The notes under the pieces were generated by a model that searched no databases, had not been told where the DNA came from, and saw only the letters and a list, made by a program, of their open reading frames with translations. Below are positions 49,928-62,765 of a stretch of DNA of 64,000 bases, piece after piece (the stretch's first letter is position 1; every line of letters starts with the position of its first letter). Both the position numbers and the translations under genes were made by a program. Origin of the DNA: Lama glama (taxonomy: Eukaryota); contig CM052824.1 of assembly GCA_028534125.1 (NCBI GenBank), positions 60,636,001 to 60,700,000 on the forward strand. The letters are read 5' to 3'.

Positions 49928-52831
49928 AAGGCGGCTCCGCGGGGGTGGCGGCGGCGCCCCGGGCCCCCCATCCGGCGGAGGCCGCTTCCTGCGCGGCTGC
50001 GAAGGCGCGCGGCCCCGTCACCGCCGGAGCCCAGTAACCCACACACAGACCCCACCACAACCGCAAACCAGCTGAGGGGCAGACCGGACGGGGCTGTGCA
50101 CCCTCCACCGCACACTCCCGGCCTCCGGGGTCCCCACGCACACGACGGGAACGCCACGCGACACACCCCGGCGGTCCCCGCACGCGACAAGGACGCCACG
50201 CAGTATGATCCAACTCTCACGTAGGACAGGAACACCAACGACACAACGTGGGTCCCTACACACATTACAGTTGCGACGCCCCGGAGACCCCACGCAGGAG
50301 ACAGACACCATGCAGCGTGTTCCGACAGCCCCACGCGATGCAGGCACCGCACAGCACCCCTCCAAGGGATGACTGGTGCAAGAGCGGCCCCCCTTTGACC
50401 CTGCATCCTGGTCCCTCCGCACGGCCAGCGACGTCATCTCCCACCAGCCCCGTGCAGAGCTGCGTCTCCACGGGCAGGGCTTGCACCCTCGGCGCTGTGG
50501 CCCGTGCTGTCCGGCCAGGTAGCCGCCAGGGCAGGCCCGTGTTGAGTCCTCAGGGACCGGGCTCCGTTCCTCCCGCAGACTGACGTGACCCCGTACAGCC
50601 TCCTTGTCCAGAGAGCCGTTCACACATCTGAGGGATACCCAGGGCATGGCCAGAGGGAGAACCCACTGTGTGTCCTTCCATAATCTGGCTGTATCGTTGG
50701 GGAGAGACCAACCAGAAAGTGCTGGGTGGGACAAGCCTGGGGCCTGGACTTGGACAGACTGTGCTGGGTGGCCCCCGGAGGAGGCAGCATCCAGCAGAGG
50801 CCTGGGGGCTGGGGACTCGAGGTGAGGAGGACAATTCTGGCTGCACTCAGCCCGAGGCAGAAGGACAGTCCAATCGAGCTGGGCAATGACCCCTTTTCCT
50901 CTACAGGACAAAGGCATCTAAGCTGGCCTGAACACGTGGGGAGTCGTGGGGGGTGCCCACAGTGGTGGGCAGGGGCCAGCGGGCCACACTCACTTCAGCC
51001 CTTGTGACCTGACGCTCATCGCCTGCTGCTGCCTCCCCAGTGGGGGCTGGAGGTGGCCCCAAAGCAGCACTCCTCAGGGGCCGTGTCTGCCCTGGGAGCA
51101 CCCGGCTGTGTCTGCAGGCCTCAACTGCCCCTCAGGCACGGGCAGGCATCTGGAGGGGCACCGAGGATGGCCAGGTAACCCCACACCTATATGGCAGACA
51201 CAGGCAGGTGCCTGGGCACCTTGAGGTTCAGAGGTAGTGCTCCGCCTTCAAACACCAGGCCTTTCTGTGAGGAAACCCTCGCCTGCCCTCGCCTGTGCCC
51301 TGGGGGGCTGTCCCTTCCACTCGTCAATCCAGTGCCCCCAGCACAAGGCTTTTCTAGGCAAACATGAGAAAACTAGGAAAGGGATATTTAAAAAACAAGA
51401 AAAGGGACTTCTTTGCTTTCAAAGGCTGTATTCATGGTCCTCATTTGGACCAAAAGCATGTCTGTGGCACCTGAGAGAGTTGATTCCTTCCACGTGGACT
51501 TGAGTCCCATGCAGACAGCCTGTACGTGAGAGAAGGCGGTTGGAGCTCCAGAGGGCCGGCCTGGAGGGGCTCCCGGCCGAGCACACAATTTCTCCAGCTC
51601 CTCTGGCCAAGCGGGCGCGCCCAGGTGGGCTCCGAGCCCGAGGCCCCCAAGCCCGAGGCCCCCCAGACGCGCAGGGCTGGCTCCCTGTGCTTCCTCCCTC
51701 TGCCCTCTGGCTTTGCAGGGTTCCAGGAAGGTGTCTCGGGAAGGGGCCAGGTGGAGGAGCCAACACTCCCACAGCTTCAGAGCCCAGAAGGAAGCCGAGG
51801 TGGGTGTGCAGGAGGGTGCAGGGGATAGGTGAAGGGTGAAGGGCCCAGAGAAGTAAGGAGGGACTGCTCTGGTCTCTAAAATGTCTCTGCCTCCATGGAC
51901 TTTGAGGTCGTCTTCCCCAAAAGATAATGGAGCTTCTGGAGCAGCCAAGCCCACCCTACCCACCAAGGGCCAGGGCAGCTGTGCCTGGAGTGAGTCAGGC
52001 AGGCCCTGTCTTCTCCACAAGCCCAGCTGGGGGGGGCTCCCACATGCTGGCCTTCCTGCCTCCAACCCATCCCAGCAGCTGCCCTGGCCAGTGGCCTGCT
52101 CCTCCCACTGTCCCCTGCCACAGGCCATGCACCACACTGGCAGGTGGGGGGTCCAGGCCACAGGCACTGCCATGTCAGGGGACGGGGACAGGAACCAGCG
52201 AGCAGCAGGCACCAGGCCCGCCCGGCTCACTCTCCAGCCCTTGCCATGCTGACTGACGGGTGTGGGCAGCTGGTGGTGCACACGCTCACCCCCGCATGCG
52301 CACACGCTTGTGGAGATTATACCCCCATGTGCACGAGCCAGGCCTTGGGACCAGGAGGATGGAGACCAAGTTCTGCCCCACGTGGCCTCCATCTCCTCCA
52401 GCTGAGGAGGCGAAGGATTGACAAACCTGCCTATAGGGGACGTGGTCACTCAGGTGCTGCGGAGGCCTCCAGGGGCTGGGGGCTGGCTTTGGAGCCAGCA
52501 GCGCTACAGGCCAGAGATGAGGGCGCTGGCAGTGATGGGGCGCCCCTGGCCTCAGGGCCAGCTCAGAGGCCCGGCTAGGGAAATGGGCTGGAAGGCTCAG
52601 AAAAGCAGGCCCCGACAGAGACCCCCGAGAGACAGCTTCTGGGGGGAATGGCTCTGCCCTGCTTGACTTCCACCTGCCACCTGTTCCCTGCTCCGTGGGA
52701 AGGAAACACCTGGTCTCAGACAAGCACAGCTGCATTGTCAGGAACGTGCTAAGATACTGTTCTAAAACCTTAAATTCTAAACAAAAATTACTCAGGTAAC
52801 ATGAGCTTGGTAAAAAGTTAGAAAAGACTTT

Positions 52832-53050
52832 TGTCTTAGTTTGGGTTCCACCAAAAGCAGACCCCAAGGCAAAGTTCTGAGTGCAGATCGTTTATTTGAG
52901 AGGTGTTTCCAGGACACACAGATTAGGGATGGAGAAAGGGAGGGAGGGAAGGCAGGACACCAAGTGCGTTACAAGCTTGTCACCCGGGCTCTTGGAGCTG
53001 GATCTTGGGGTGCAGAGTCATCTCGGGATGGGGGGGCAGCCCTGAGCAAG
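52832..53050 (-). mobile_element. ERVL-class LTR fragment (LTR16-like)
   Basis: tgtcttagtttgggttccaccaaaagcagacccc...gagtgcagatcgtttatttgagaggtg matches the LTR16 3' terminus in reverse, including its AATAAA. Confidence 0.78.
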
Positions 53051-53089
53051 ATCAGAGCCCAAGGTGGGGAGGGGACATTTGCTGGAGCG

Positions 53090-54285
53090 GGGAGATTGAT
53101 TATATATGGGATTGGCCAAATAAAGAAACACATTCCTCATGATAAGAGTCAGGGTTGTCACTGTTAGAGATGGGAATTAAAAATATGGGAAGAGATAAAC
53201 AAACGTGGCATTGGACTGGAGTCAGCAATCCCTGCGTGAACCCATGAATTCCAATGTTTATAAACAAGTAGAAAAACTATAGATGTAAATGTGTGTTTGT
53301 ACAGACATCCAGGTAATCCCTAACTCTGCCCAGGGAGAGGCCCTGAAAGAGGGACAACCCAGCAGCCGCAAGCACCCCGAGAACCTGGGTCTTGGCTTCT
53401 AAATTCCATCCTCCGTGGAAGGGAACCAGTGTTCTTTGAAGGAATGACTGGTGGCAGGGCTTGGACAGAGAGAGGAAATCTTACTGTGTCAGGCAGTATG
53501 GAGAGCTCAAAGCGAAACAGGAACGTGTTGAAAGGACTTTTGGGCAGCTCAGAGAGGAGATCACTGCCACATCTGAGAGCATAACGGTGATCGCGGATTA
53601 TAACCATGGAATCAGAAAACCGCGTCTGCATATTCAAGTATTTATTAAAATAAGCATATTCATAAGCTGAAAGTCTGATAAGAAAAGAGCTATTTGCATA
53701 GTTTTTTTTTGTTTGTTTTGCTTTTCTATGGAAATGTATAGTTTTAAAGTTCTTCCCCACAAGGCTCCTGTCAATTGCAAAGGGAAGGGTGAGTTCCCAG
53801 GGGAGACACCGCCAGGTACCACCATAATCAAGTGATCAAAGTGGAAACCGTCAGGCACTGGATGCACCGCAACCCTGCACTGCCTGGTGTGGTGGGACGG
53901 GCTGCTGTGGCTCTCCTGCCAAAAAGGCATGACCTGCATCTGACCATGACGAAACCTCAGACGCCCACACAGAGGGACTTTGTACAGAAGGATGGGCCTG
54001 GAACCTTCAGAGGTGACAGTGAGGAAAAGGCTGAGGAATATTCCAGACCGATGGAGAAGAACAAGACGTCAGCTCTGCGAAACCTGGGGACCCTTGCTGG
54101 ATCTCACTGCGATGTCAGTGGAACAACCAGAAAGCCCCAGATGTGGCCTGAGGACCGGACGATAGCGACCCTGCCCAGGACAGAGCACCATGTCAGCGGG
54201 GATCTCAAGCGCTTTATGGGGCGCGATGGGGGTTCCTGCACTGTTCTCGCAGCTTCTCTGTAAGCTTGAGGTTGTTAGAACACAC
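53090..54285 (+). mobile_element. LINE-1 3' UTR (L1MC3/4-like)
   Basis: cttggcttctaaattccat, aagggaaccag, caccataatcaagtgatcaaagt, ctcctgccaaaaaggcatgacctgcatct and a terminal cttctctgtaagcttgag. Confidence 0.72.
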
Positions 54286-55289
54286 AGAATTTATTTGAAG
54301 TGTCATGGGGAGGAGGCATGCATTCTCAGTTCGGCCCTGGTGCGCCTAAGCTGCCCAGTGGAGCAGGGCTGCTGAAAGTCCTACCGTTGGGCAAGGTGGG
54401 GGTGAGGCCTGGGGGCACGAGCAGGACCCTGAGAGCATCGGCTGCAGCTCCAGCCCAGATGGCAGAGAAACTGGCCCCCTTTCCTGGTCCAACACGAAAG
54501 CAGGTCAGAGAACACAGGTCTGCTCTTTAAATGTTTGAAAACGCGGAAGGCAGGAAGCTCCGTGGAGCCGGGAACGAGGAAGGCAGGCAAGTCACAGTGG
54601 TGAGCAGGATCGTGACTGAGCGGCCTGCATGAGCTTGCAGCTGGCCTCACACCCACTGAGGACCGGGAATAGAGGTCCACAAAGGGGACATGGAGATTCT
54701 GCCTACCAGCCTGGAGGTGGAGCCCAGAGAGCAACCAGCCCAGACCAGGGCAAGAGGGTAGAGGGTGCCAGAAAAACCAGGAACCGGCAGAATATAGGAC
54801 ACACTCAACGACCAAAAACTGTGTGGAAGAGGCTGGTGGATGATGTAGGTCTTTGCTGTAGGCACAGAGACAACCCAGTAGGTGAAACAGAAAGCAAGGC
54901 AACTGTTAACTTCAGGAAAAACAAAGGGAAAACCTAAGTGGGGCTCCCCAGTTGGCTTAGCAGTGCACAGTATCTACGTAGCCATAATAGTGTGCACAAC
55001 AGCTGAGCTCATTCGGGAAGATCGAAGAGTGAGCAGCGGGCGGGCAGGGTGCTGGGCAGAGCTCCTCCAGGGACATCTCACAATGTCTAAAACTCGTAAA
55101 TGAAGGGAACAGCAGCAAGAACACACAATGTGGAAAAATGGAGAAAAGTCAGACAAGAAACAGCTGGAAGGCTTGAGAGAGGCCGATGCCCTGAGGTCAG
55201 GCGAGGCGGCTCAGTGACCACTCCGGACAGGTCGGGAGAGTCCAGACCTTTGGGCTCCTTTTGTTCCTTTCATCTGTGTATCTGCCTTT

Positions 55290-55540
55290 CTTCGGCCAGA
55301 CTTAAACCAAAAGATCAAACCTCTGAACTAAGTAACTCTGAATGAAAATAACAACCAAAAAAGCAAACTCACTTTGCCACCAAAAAATGCCACAGTTTGG
55401 GACATTAAAAAACACATTTTGAATACGCCATTGATGAAGGAAGGACTCAAAGTGGGAATCAAAACGTTTTAAATCGGATGACGACGGAAATGCTGTCAGT
55501 CACAATGCCTGGGTGCAGCCAGCGTGGTCCTTGGTCATCT
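55290..55540 (+). mobile_element. Ancient L1 ORF2 fragment
   Basis: ggacattaaaaaacacattttgaatacgccattg...aatgcctgggtgcagcc resembles the L1 ORF2 'WKLNN.LLN..W' region. Confidence 0.55.
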
Positions 55541-56214
55541 TCAGATTCTACAGCAGAGACAAAAAACGTGAGGGAACTGCAGGTGTTTTTAATTTCTTCT
55601 TTGTGCTGACCTGCTTCCTCTGCCTTTCCGGAAAAGCCACTTCCAGGTTTATTGAACTTACCCGTTGTTCTTCCTGGACCATTCTGTCTGGGAGGGACTC
55701 CCCTTCTCTCGTGGAACCTTTGGCGGGGTCAGCCTTGTGGCCCACACAAGGGCTATTCATCCCAGGTGGCCTCCCCTGGGGTGGTCAGGGGCCGGGGTGG
55801 GAACAGGGCCACACAGGGTCCCCGTGTCCAGCTCTCAGCTGAGACCTGCCCCACGGGGGTCCGCGAGGTGGTGTTCAGGGGGCTGAGCAGAGTGCCTGGC
55901 CCAGGTGTGTGAGAGCCGCCACTGGCAATGAGGTGAGCCCAGTGCGCCGCCGCGCCCCAGGACCTGCCCATCTCCCGTGCAGGCAGCGCCCCCACAGGCC
56001 TGCCCCCTCCCCACCCAGGCGTTGCCCTTGTCCTCTTGGAGGTGGGGGAGAGGGAAGAGTGGGCTCCTTTCCCGCGCCAAGCAGAGCCACTCAGCTGCTC
56101 AAATGTCCACCCCACAGCCCCGAGGCACCACCGGCCCCCCCCCCAGGAGCCTGGCCTCAACTGCCAGATGAAGCTGATGGGGCAACATGGAGTCCGCCCA
56201 GCCTCCGGGGGCCT

Positions 56215-56239
56215 GGGCAGGGCAGGGCAGGGCAGGGCA
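56215..56239 (+). repeat. (GGGCA)5 microsatellite; canonical G-quadruplex pattern
   Basis: Five GGG runs separated by CA. Confidence 0.9.
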
Positions 56240-58525
56240 GCCATGGGAGCCAGAGCATGGCTCAGCCCCGTGTCTAGTCTCACACCCAGGGTGGGAGCAG
56301 CGTGGCCCCAGGCCACTGGCTCTGGAACCCCATGCCCTGGGGGAACCCCTGCCCGCCCCACTCAGCCAGCACAGGCCTCAGAGGAATGAGCAGGAATGAG
56401 GGAGGGGCGCACAGGCCTCGGCCCGCCCGGGGCTCCGAGCCCAGGGGCTCACTTCCTGGCCTGGCTCTGCGGACACATCCTCAGCCTGGAGGGCGCTCGT
56501 GGAGGAGCAGAGAGAGCCCGTGTGGGCGTCCTGCCCTGCGGACCCGCCCCTGCCCGCAGGACCCAGCTCCCTGAAGCGTCCTGTTCCGGCCGCCGCCACC
56601 CAGGCTCCAGCCACACCCCGCCGATCACAGGGTGGCCGCCTCCTGCCTGTGCCCTGCAGCCCTGGGCCGGCCAGGACCCAAGGCCTGGGCACAGGTCCTG
56701 TGCATGAAGCAGGAGGCACGGGAGTGCTGAGCTGCCGCAGAGGGGGAGCTGGGCCCCGGCCGGGGCCTTGGCGTTGGCAGCATCTTTCAGGGACCCTCTG
56801 TGGTCCCTTTGTCCAGCAATCATTGCTGAGTGCCACCAGCTGGGCACAGGGGGCACGACGAGGGCGGAAAGGTAGTCTTCCAACAGCACCCTCCAGAGAT
56901 GGCCCTCCAGGGGCCCAAACTGCCTGCTGCCAGTAACGACCAAAGGGCCCAGTGGTCAAAACAATCTCCCTGGGTGCCAAGGCTTGTGTGACACACTCAG
57001 AGGGTCATGGTGTCACCATCCTGTATCATAGCAGGGCCACCAAGCTTGGGTGGCCCAGGACCTGCCCAGGGCACCGTGTAGCAAGGGGGTGGGAGCCCAG
57101 GTGAGGCCCAGGCACCCATGGCAGGGTGTGGACAGGGGCCAGGGGTGCCCTGAGTGGCAGACCCACAACAAGGAGCCCCTCTGTGCAGGCCCTGCCTTCC
57201 AGACACACTCACTTGACCTCCCAGCAGTCAGGGGAAGCCTGAGATCCAGTGAGGGTCCCCCTCCTGGCCCCTCACCTCTGCCATGTCTGTCCCTTGCCCC
57301 CATATTTGCCCTCCTCCCCTCTCTTGGGCCCACAGCGCCCCAGCTCTCTCCATCTGTCCCAGCCACACTTGCTGGGACAAGGTCTGCCCCACCCTGGGCT
57401 CCCAGCCCTGTCCTGGCCCCTCTGTGCCCCAACCTCAGGTCCTGGGGTCACCTCCTTTTGAGTGTCCTGTGTCCCTTCCCTGTCAGGGACCCGAGGCAGC
57501 AAGTGGCGAGCAGGCTCTCACTAACTCTTGGCGAATGGATGATGGCAGTCAGAGGTGAGGCACATCTCCAGGCCCAGCCACTGGTGGGGTCAGCCGCCCC
57601 CAGCCAGGTGCTCCGCGAGTCGGCTCTTCCTGGCTGAGGGCGCTGGGCACTCCCTGAGCCCCTTACTCTCTCTGGGCCTGAGTGTGGCCGGGCTGGCTCC
57701 GGAGCTTGGGCCTGTTGCACATGAGGTGGGGGGATGCTCCACACCCAGAGAGGAGGGGGCACGCCAGGGCGGGGGACCAGGACCCCGGCAGGAGAAAGAA
57801 AGGGGAGGCCACCCTCAGAGCAGCATCCGCTGGGGCTGAGCATCCTGTCGTGGGGGGAGGAGCAAGAGGACAGAGGGCAGCTGGTGTCCAACCCTCTAAG
57901 TCTCTCCAAGCTGGTCCCTGAGGGTCTCGGGTGCCTTAAGAGGGCCCTTGCTCTGACCACGCGCCTGCCAGCGCCTGGCAGTGGGGGAAGCAGCGTGAAT
58001 CCCGGTCTGTAGCCTGCTGGGCCACACCAAGCGCTCAGGCCCCTCCAGCCCCAGGCCGGTACCCGCGGCCCTGTAGCCCAGGGCCGGCCGACAGCCCCCT
58101 CCTTGCACAGGCCCTGGGCCCCTCTCTCCTCGTAAATCGGTTCCCCGAGCCGGCCCCCTCCCGCCCTCCTGCCGTCATTGCTGGCAGGCTCTGCGGTGAG
58201 CTCACTCCTTACATAAGGCGTCTGAGCTATTTCTTGGGGGCAATGAGCTCCCCCCACAGGGGCTCCGTTTCCCCTTCTTCTCCAGCCATCAGCCACCACA
58301 AGCCCAGGGCATGAGAGGCAAGGCCCTTGTTCTCCCCGGGCCCCACCCACCCTGTGTGGAGAGAGGGGCTTCCCCTTACCCTGCAGAACAAAGGTGGAAG
58401 AGAAGAGACAGCAGCTCATTCCAGATTCCCTGGGGCGCTGAGGGCAGAGACCCAGCCCCACTCCCAGCCTCAGGCAGGAAGGGAGGAAGGAAGGGATTTC
58501 CCTGGGGTACTGTGAGTTGCTGTAG

Positions 58526-58559
58526 CTGTCGCTGTCCCCTGTCGCTGTCCCCTGTCACT
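58526..58559. repeat. 13-bp tandem duplication (ctgtcgctgtccc) x ~2.5
   Basis: ctgtcgctgtccc ctgtcgctgtccc ctgtcact. Confidence 0.75.
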
Positions 58560-59039
58560 TTCCCCAGTGGGATGGGGATGGGCTTGCCTCTCACTCGGGC
58601 CTGGGAGTCGCCCCCATGGGCACCCCCACCTGGTGCCCTTGGCCCCGAGTCCAACCACGTTTCAGCGGGGACCTGTGTTCTGGGAAGGAGTGGCGACCAG
58701 ATTTCACTTTGGTGTTCCTCGGTGAGGTGCCGCAGGAGCCCCCAGCAGGACGGCGCTGTTTCCCAGAGGTGGGCACTGGCCCAGGGAGCCCCCTGAGGCT
58801 GCAGAGGGTCCATCCTCACAGTCAGGGGAGAAGGGCCCCCGGCCTCCTAGCGCTGCCCCCTTTCTGTGGCCTGGAATAGAAGGCAGCCCGTGAGGACACA
58901 GCGGGCCCCCAGAGGACTCAGCTGAGGAGGCGTCCAGACAGCATGTGCTGGGCACTTCAGGGGCTCAGCCCAGTCTGGCCTGGGGAGGACCAAGACAGGT
59001 GCCTTCCTGGCCTGGAAGACAACTCCCAGGGTGGAGGGG

Positions 59040-59900
59040 TAGCCGCCAGGCCCGCCGCGAGCTTCTCCCCCGAGATGCCCCTTCCCCATGCCTCTGGGCC
59101 CGGGCTGCGAAGCCGTCCACCGTCGAAGCTGCTCTTGGCCTGGGCTCCGGGCTTGCACTTCCTCAGCTGCAGAAGAAAAAGGGGAGGAAAAGTGGCCCGG
59201 AGCAGCGGCTGCTCCCGCCCCGCCCAAAGGACGGACTCCCAGACGCTCCTGCCGGGAGCCTGTCGCTCGCCACGCCCTGCTTGGGGACAAAGCTCCCAGC
59301 AGCAGGGACGCTGGGGACCAGGGGCCAGCGGGTGGCGGCAGAGCCGGAAACTCCTCGGCCCCTCCTGCTGGACTCCCAGCCCCGGGCCTCTGTCCGCCTA
59401 GAGAAACGATGTTTTCCTTTCNNNNNNNNNNNNNNNNNNNNNNNNNNNNNNNNNNNNNNNNNNNNNNNNNNNNNNNNNNNNNNNNNNNNNNNNNNNNNNN
59501 NNNNNNNNNNNNNNNNNNNNNNNNNNNNNNNNNNNNNNNNNNNNNNNNNNNNNCCTGCCGCCCAGGCCTCCAGCCGCCGCTACGCTGCCGGGCCAGGGGC
59601 TATGCGGCGGCCCTGGGTGCCTTCCCAGGCTCCGCAGGCCCCAGTCAAGCCCCGGGGCTGTAGGCCATGGCCCGCCGTCCCTGCCCCCCACTGCCGTCAG
59701 TCAAGGCCTTCAGCGGGCAGCGTCTGGCCTTCCTCGGGCCCCTCCGGGTGACTGTGCTGCGGCCCCAAGGCAGAGGCCCCAGGCCCAGGAGCAGTCCGGT
59801 CCCTCCTGCTCCGGGATTCCTGCCAGGCTGGCCGTCCTGTGGGAGCTGCCGGGCCCCAGTGGCCGGGGAGGCAGGGCAGGCTGGCGCCGGGCCTTGGTGG
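59040..59900. promoter_or_regulatory. Second CpG-rich island about 10 kb upstream of SKI, with a central N-run
   Basis: CpG density is locally higher than in the flanks. Confidence 0.6.
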
Positions 59901-62741
59901 CTGCTGGGCCAGCAGTCTGTCTGGCCTAGGAAGCCCCTGTGGTCCCTGCATCAGAAACTGTTACGCGCCTGCGGCCCCTGGGCTTCCAGTCCCCTCTGGG
60001 AGGCTGTCACACTCCCTGGCCAGGGGCTGCTGCCCTCCTGTGTGGTCCCCAGGCCTCAGGCTCCACACCTTGGTCCTGGCCAGGCAGCTGTACTGGAGGG
60101 CCACAGCCCCTCCACCTGGGCCTAGGTCTCCTGCCGCTGGTCACCAGGCGTGTCTCTGTCCGGGCTTCACTTTACGCAGCACTCCCTGCGACGTCCGGCC
60201 TGAGGTCTGCCCTCAGCCCAGACCAATGACGTAGACACTCAGAGCTCGATGTCCACCTCTGACCAGGACAGGGTGGGAGAAGGGCCCCACTTCTGGGTAC
60301 TTGCTTTGTTGTAGACGCAGACACTTGCTGAAACGAAGTCTGGCAAAGCCTCCTAGGACAGGAGGGTGCAGTTTGCAGAGTCCTGTGTGCCCTGCATCCC
60401 CATCATGGTCAGAAGTTTTTCCTTGCGCAGAGGACCCAGCCCACCGAGCTCCTGGCCCTGCCTGCACTGGCTGCCTGGCCTGGTGGGATGCTGGGGTCCC
60501 ATCCCTTAAGCAGGCCCCGCCCTCTCCATCACCTCACGGAGCCCACAACAAAGCAAACTCCAGCCCCGCCCTCACAGCCTCAGCCAGAAAGCAGACGTTG
60601 GGTCCGGGGTCTAGGGGGAGGGGAGCAGGCAGGGCCGTGGGGGCACTGTGGGGGCCAGGCCAAGGGTCAGGGCCACCCTCCGTCCCGCCAGCAACATGAA
60701 GGGCAAGAAAATGTGCAGCAGATACCTCACTGGCTGACTTCACTGCCCCCAGAAATGACACTGAAGGAAGGTGGTTCCAAGGCCCACGCTCCTGCCCTCC
60801 TGCTGGATTTCAGGTATGAAGTCCCAACTCGCCTGTCTGACGCAGGCAGGTACGCTCACAGGTCTGGGCAGGAGGCACGCAGGTGGGCGGCCTTATCTCC
60901 AGAGCCCCACACAGACACGTTCACGAAAAAGGTGTGCAGAGAACCTGGCTGGGAGGGGGGTGCCGGTGGGCCTTTCAACTGGCCCCGCCCCCAGGAGGCT
61001 TCCTGTCCTTGGCTGCGGCCTCGAGCTCAGGCCAGGAGGAGGCCTCACGAGAGAGCCCACGGCAGGTCTGGCCGACCAAACGAAGCCAGGGTGTGGGCCG
61101 GCCCTGCTTCCTGAAGCCCAGTGGCTCTAGCAGCAGGGTGTCCACAGGGTCCCTAACCCAAGAAGCTCTGCCCGGACAAAGGCGCGGGGTCTAGGGGCCG
61201 TGGGACAGCGAGGGCAGGAGGCGGGCTTCTAGTCTGGGGGTGAACGGGCTGTGGCCCTGGAACCGGTCAGGGGGCAGCTGTGCTAGGCTCTCTGTGCCTC
61301 TGTCCTCTGCCCTCCTCCTTGGTGTTTCCATGTAACAGCTCAGGCTTCTGGGACGGCCCCGGCCCCGCCTCTTCCTCTGGACCCTTGGGGCCCCAGAGGT
61401 GGCCCTGGTCTGAGCTCTGGTCAGCCAGACGTGTCCTGCCCGGGCTGGGATCCAGGTAGGGGCTAGGGGGCTCTGGCAGTGAGGGGCAGTGAGTGCGTCT
61501 GGGGGGGGGACCCCGGCCAGGCATGAATGTGGAGTTGACTTCTCCCATCAAGACTATTGAAGGCCTACCTGAGACAAGTGTACAGACCAGCAGGAAAGAC
61601 TTCCTGTTCTCAAGTGCTTACAGATCCATGGGAGACAACAAAAAATTAAATTTCCACATGTTCTATGTTAGATGGGAGTACGTAGTCTTAGGAAGGATCC
61701 ACCAAAGTGAGGTGGGCACTACTTGAGTAAGAGGTGAGCCTTCTGGGCCTGGCACAGTAGGTGCAAAGTCCCTGAGGCCAGGGTGCATTCAGGTCCCTGC
61801 AGGGTCCATGCAGAGGGGGGTGACAGGTGATGAAAAGAGGGAGGCCTGTTGTCTGCTCCCAGCTAGGCTGCCCCCGGGGGTGGGGGCTTGGGGGGTGCTG
61901 CTCTGAGCCAGGGAGGCCCCAGAGCCACAGCCCCTCACTGATGGGCGGGGGTGGGGCGGGTGCTGGGTGAGCGGGTGGGCGCTTCCCCGGAGGAGGAAGG
62001 GAAGTTCAGTTAATAGCAGCCCTGTGCCTCCACTTCGCTGCTGGGAAAACTGAGGGTGAGATAAGAGAAATCGATTCGAAACAGATAGGCTATTTTTCTG
62101 AACATTTTGTTCCCCATCCTGCTCCCAGCCTGGCACAGGGCAGAAGCCACCAGCCGAGGGGAGGGTCCTTGCCCAGCCGGGCCCAAGCCCCTCTTCTGCC
62201 CCAGACGCTCCCCACCCCACTCCACCCAGGGACCCACTGCCCACCGTTCTGGCCGCAGCATGAAGGTCAAGTACACAGGCAACTTCAAAGGGTGGGGCAG
62301 AGGCCTGCGGGCTCCCTTCCTGCACCCCCACCCCACCCCCAGCGCCCACAGATGCCACAGGGAGGGTCCCCGTGGCCGTGGGCCTGGCATTGGCCTCTGC
62401 CCAGCACCTTCCCCAGACCGGTCCACCTCCAGGCCAGCGGGCCCTCATCTCCGTGAGTAATATTTAACTTGGATGGGCTGGCGGACAACTGCAGGGGAGA
62501 AGTTAACAACAAGTTTGGATTGCAATCTGCTTGCCAGAAAGGAGGGGGGGAGGGCAAAGTTGAGAAGGAGAAAGGAAGGCGGGAGGGGGTCCTGAAAGGC
62601 CAGCATCCCAGGAGGCTGGAAGGACTGCCCTGCACGCTGGGCATGTGGCTGAGCCCCTCCAGCCTCAGTATCCCCTGCAGGACACACCCAGGTTGGGAGG
62701 AGCCTTGGGATTCAGCTCTGGGTCTGAGAACACCAGACATG

Positions 62742-62765
62742 CACACACACACATACACACACACA
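62742..62765. repeat. Imperfect (CA)n microsatellite
   Basis: cacacacacacatacacacacaca. Confidence 0.85.

Noticed and set aside
51388-52449. 353-aa minus-strand ORF upstream of SKI (and similar ones at 57448-58461 and 62285-63208)
   Set aside because: No homology recognised, non-ATG or weak starts, and composition typical of non-coding GC-rich DNA.
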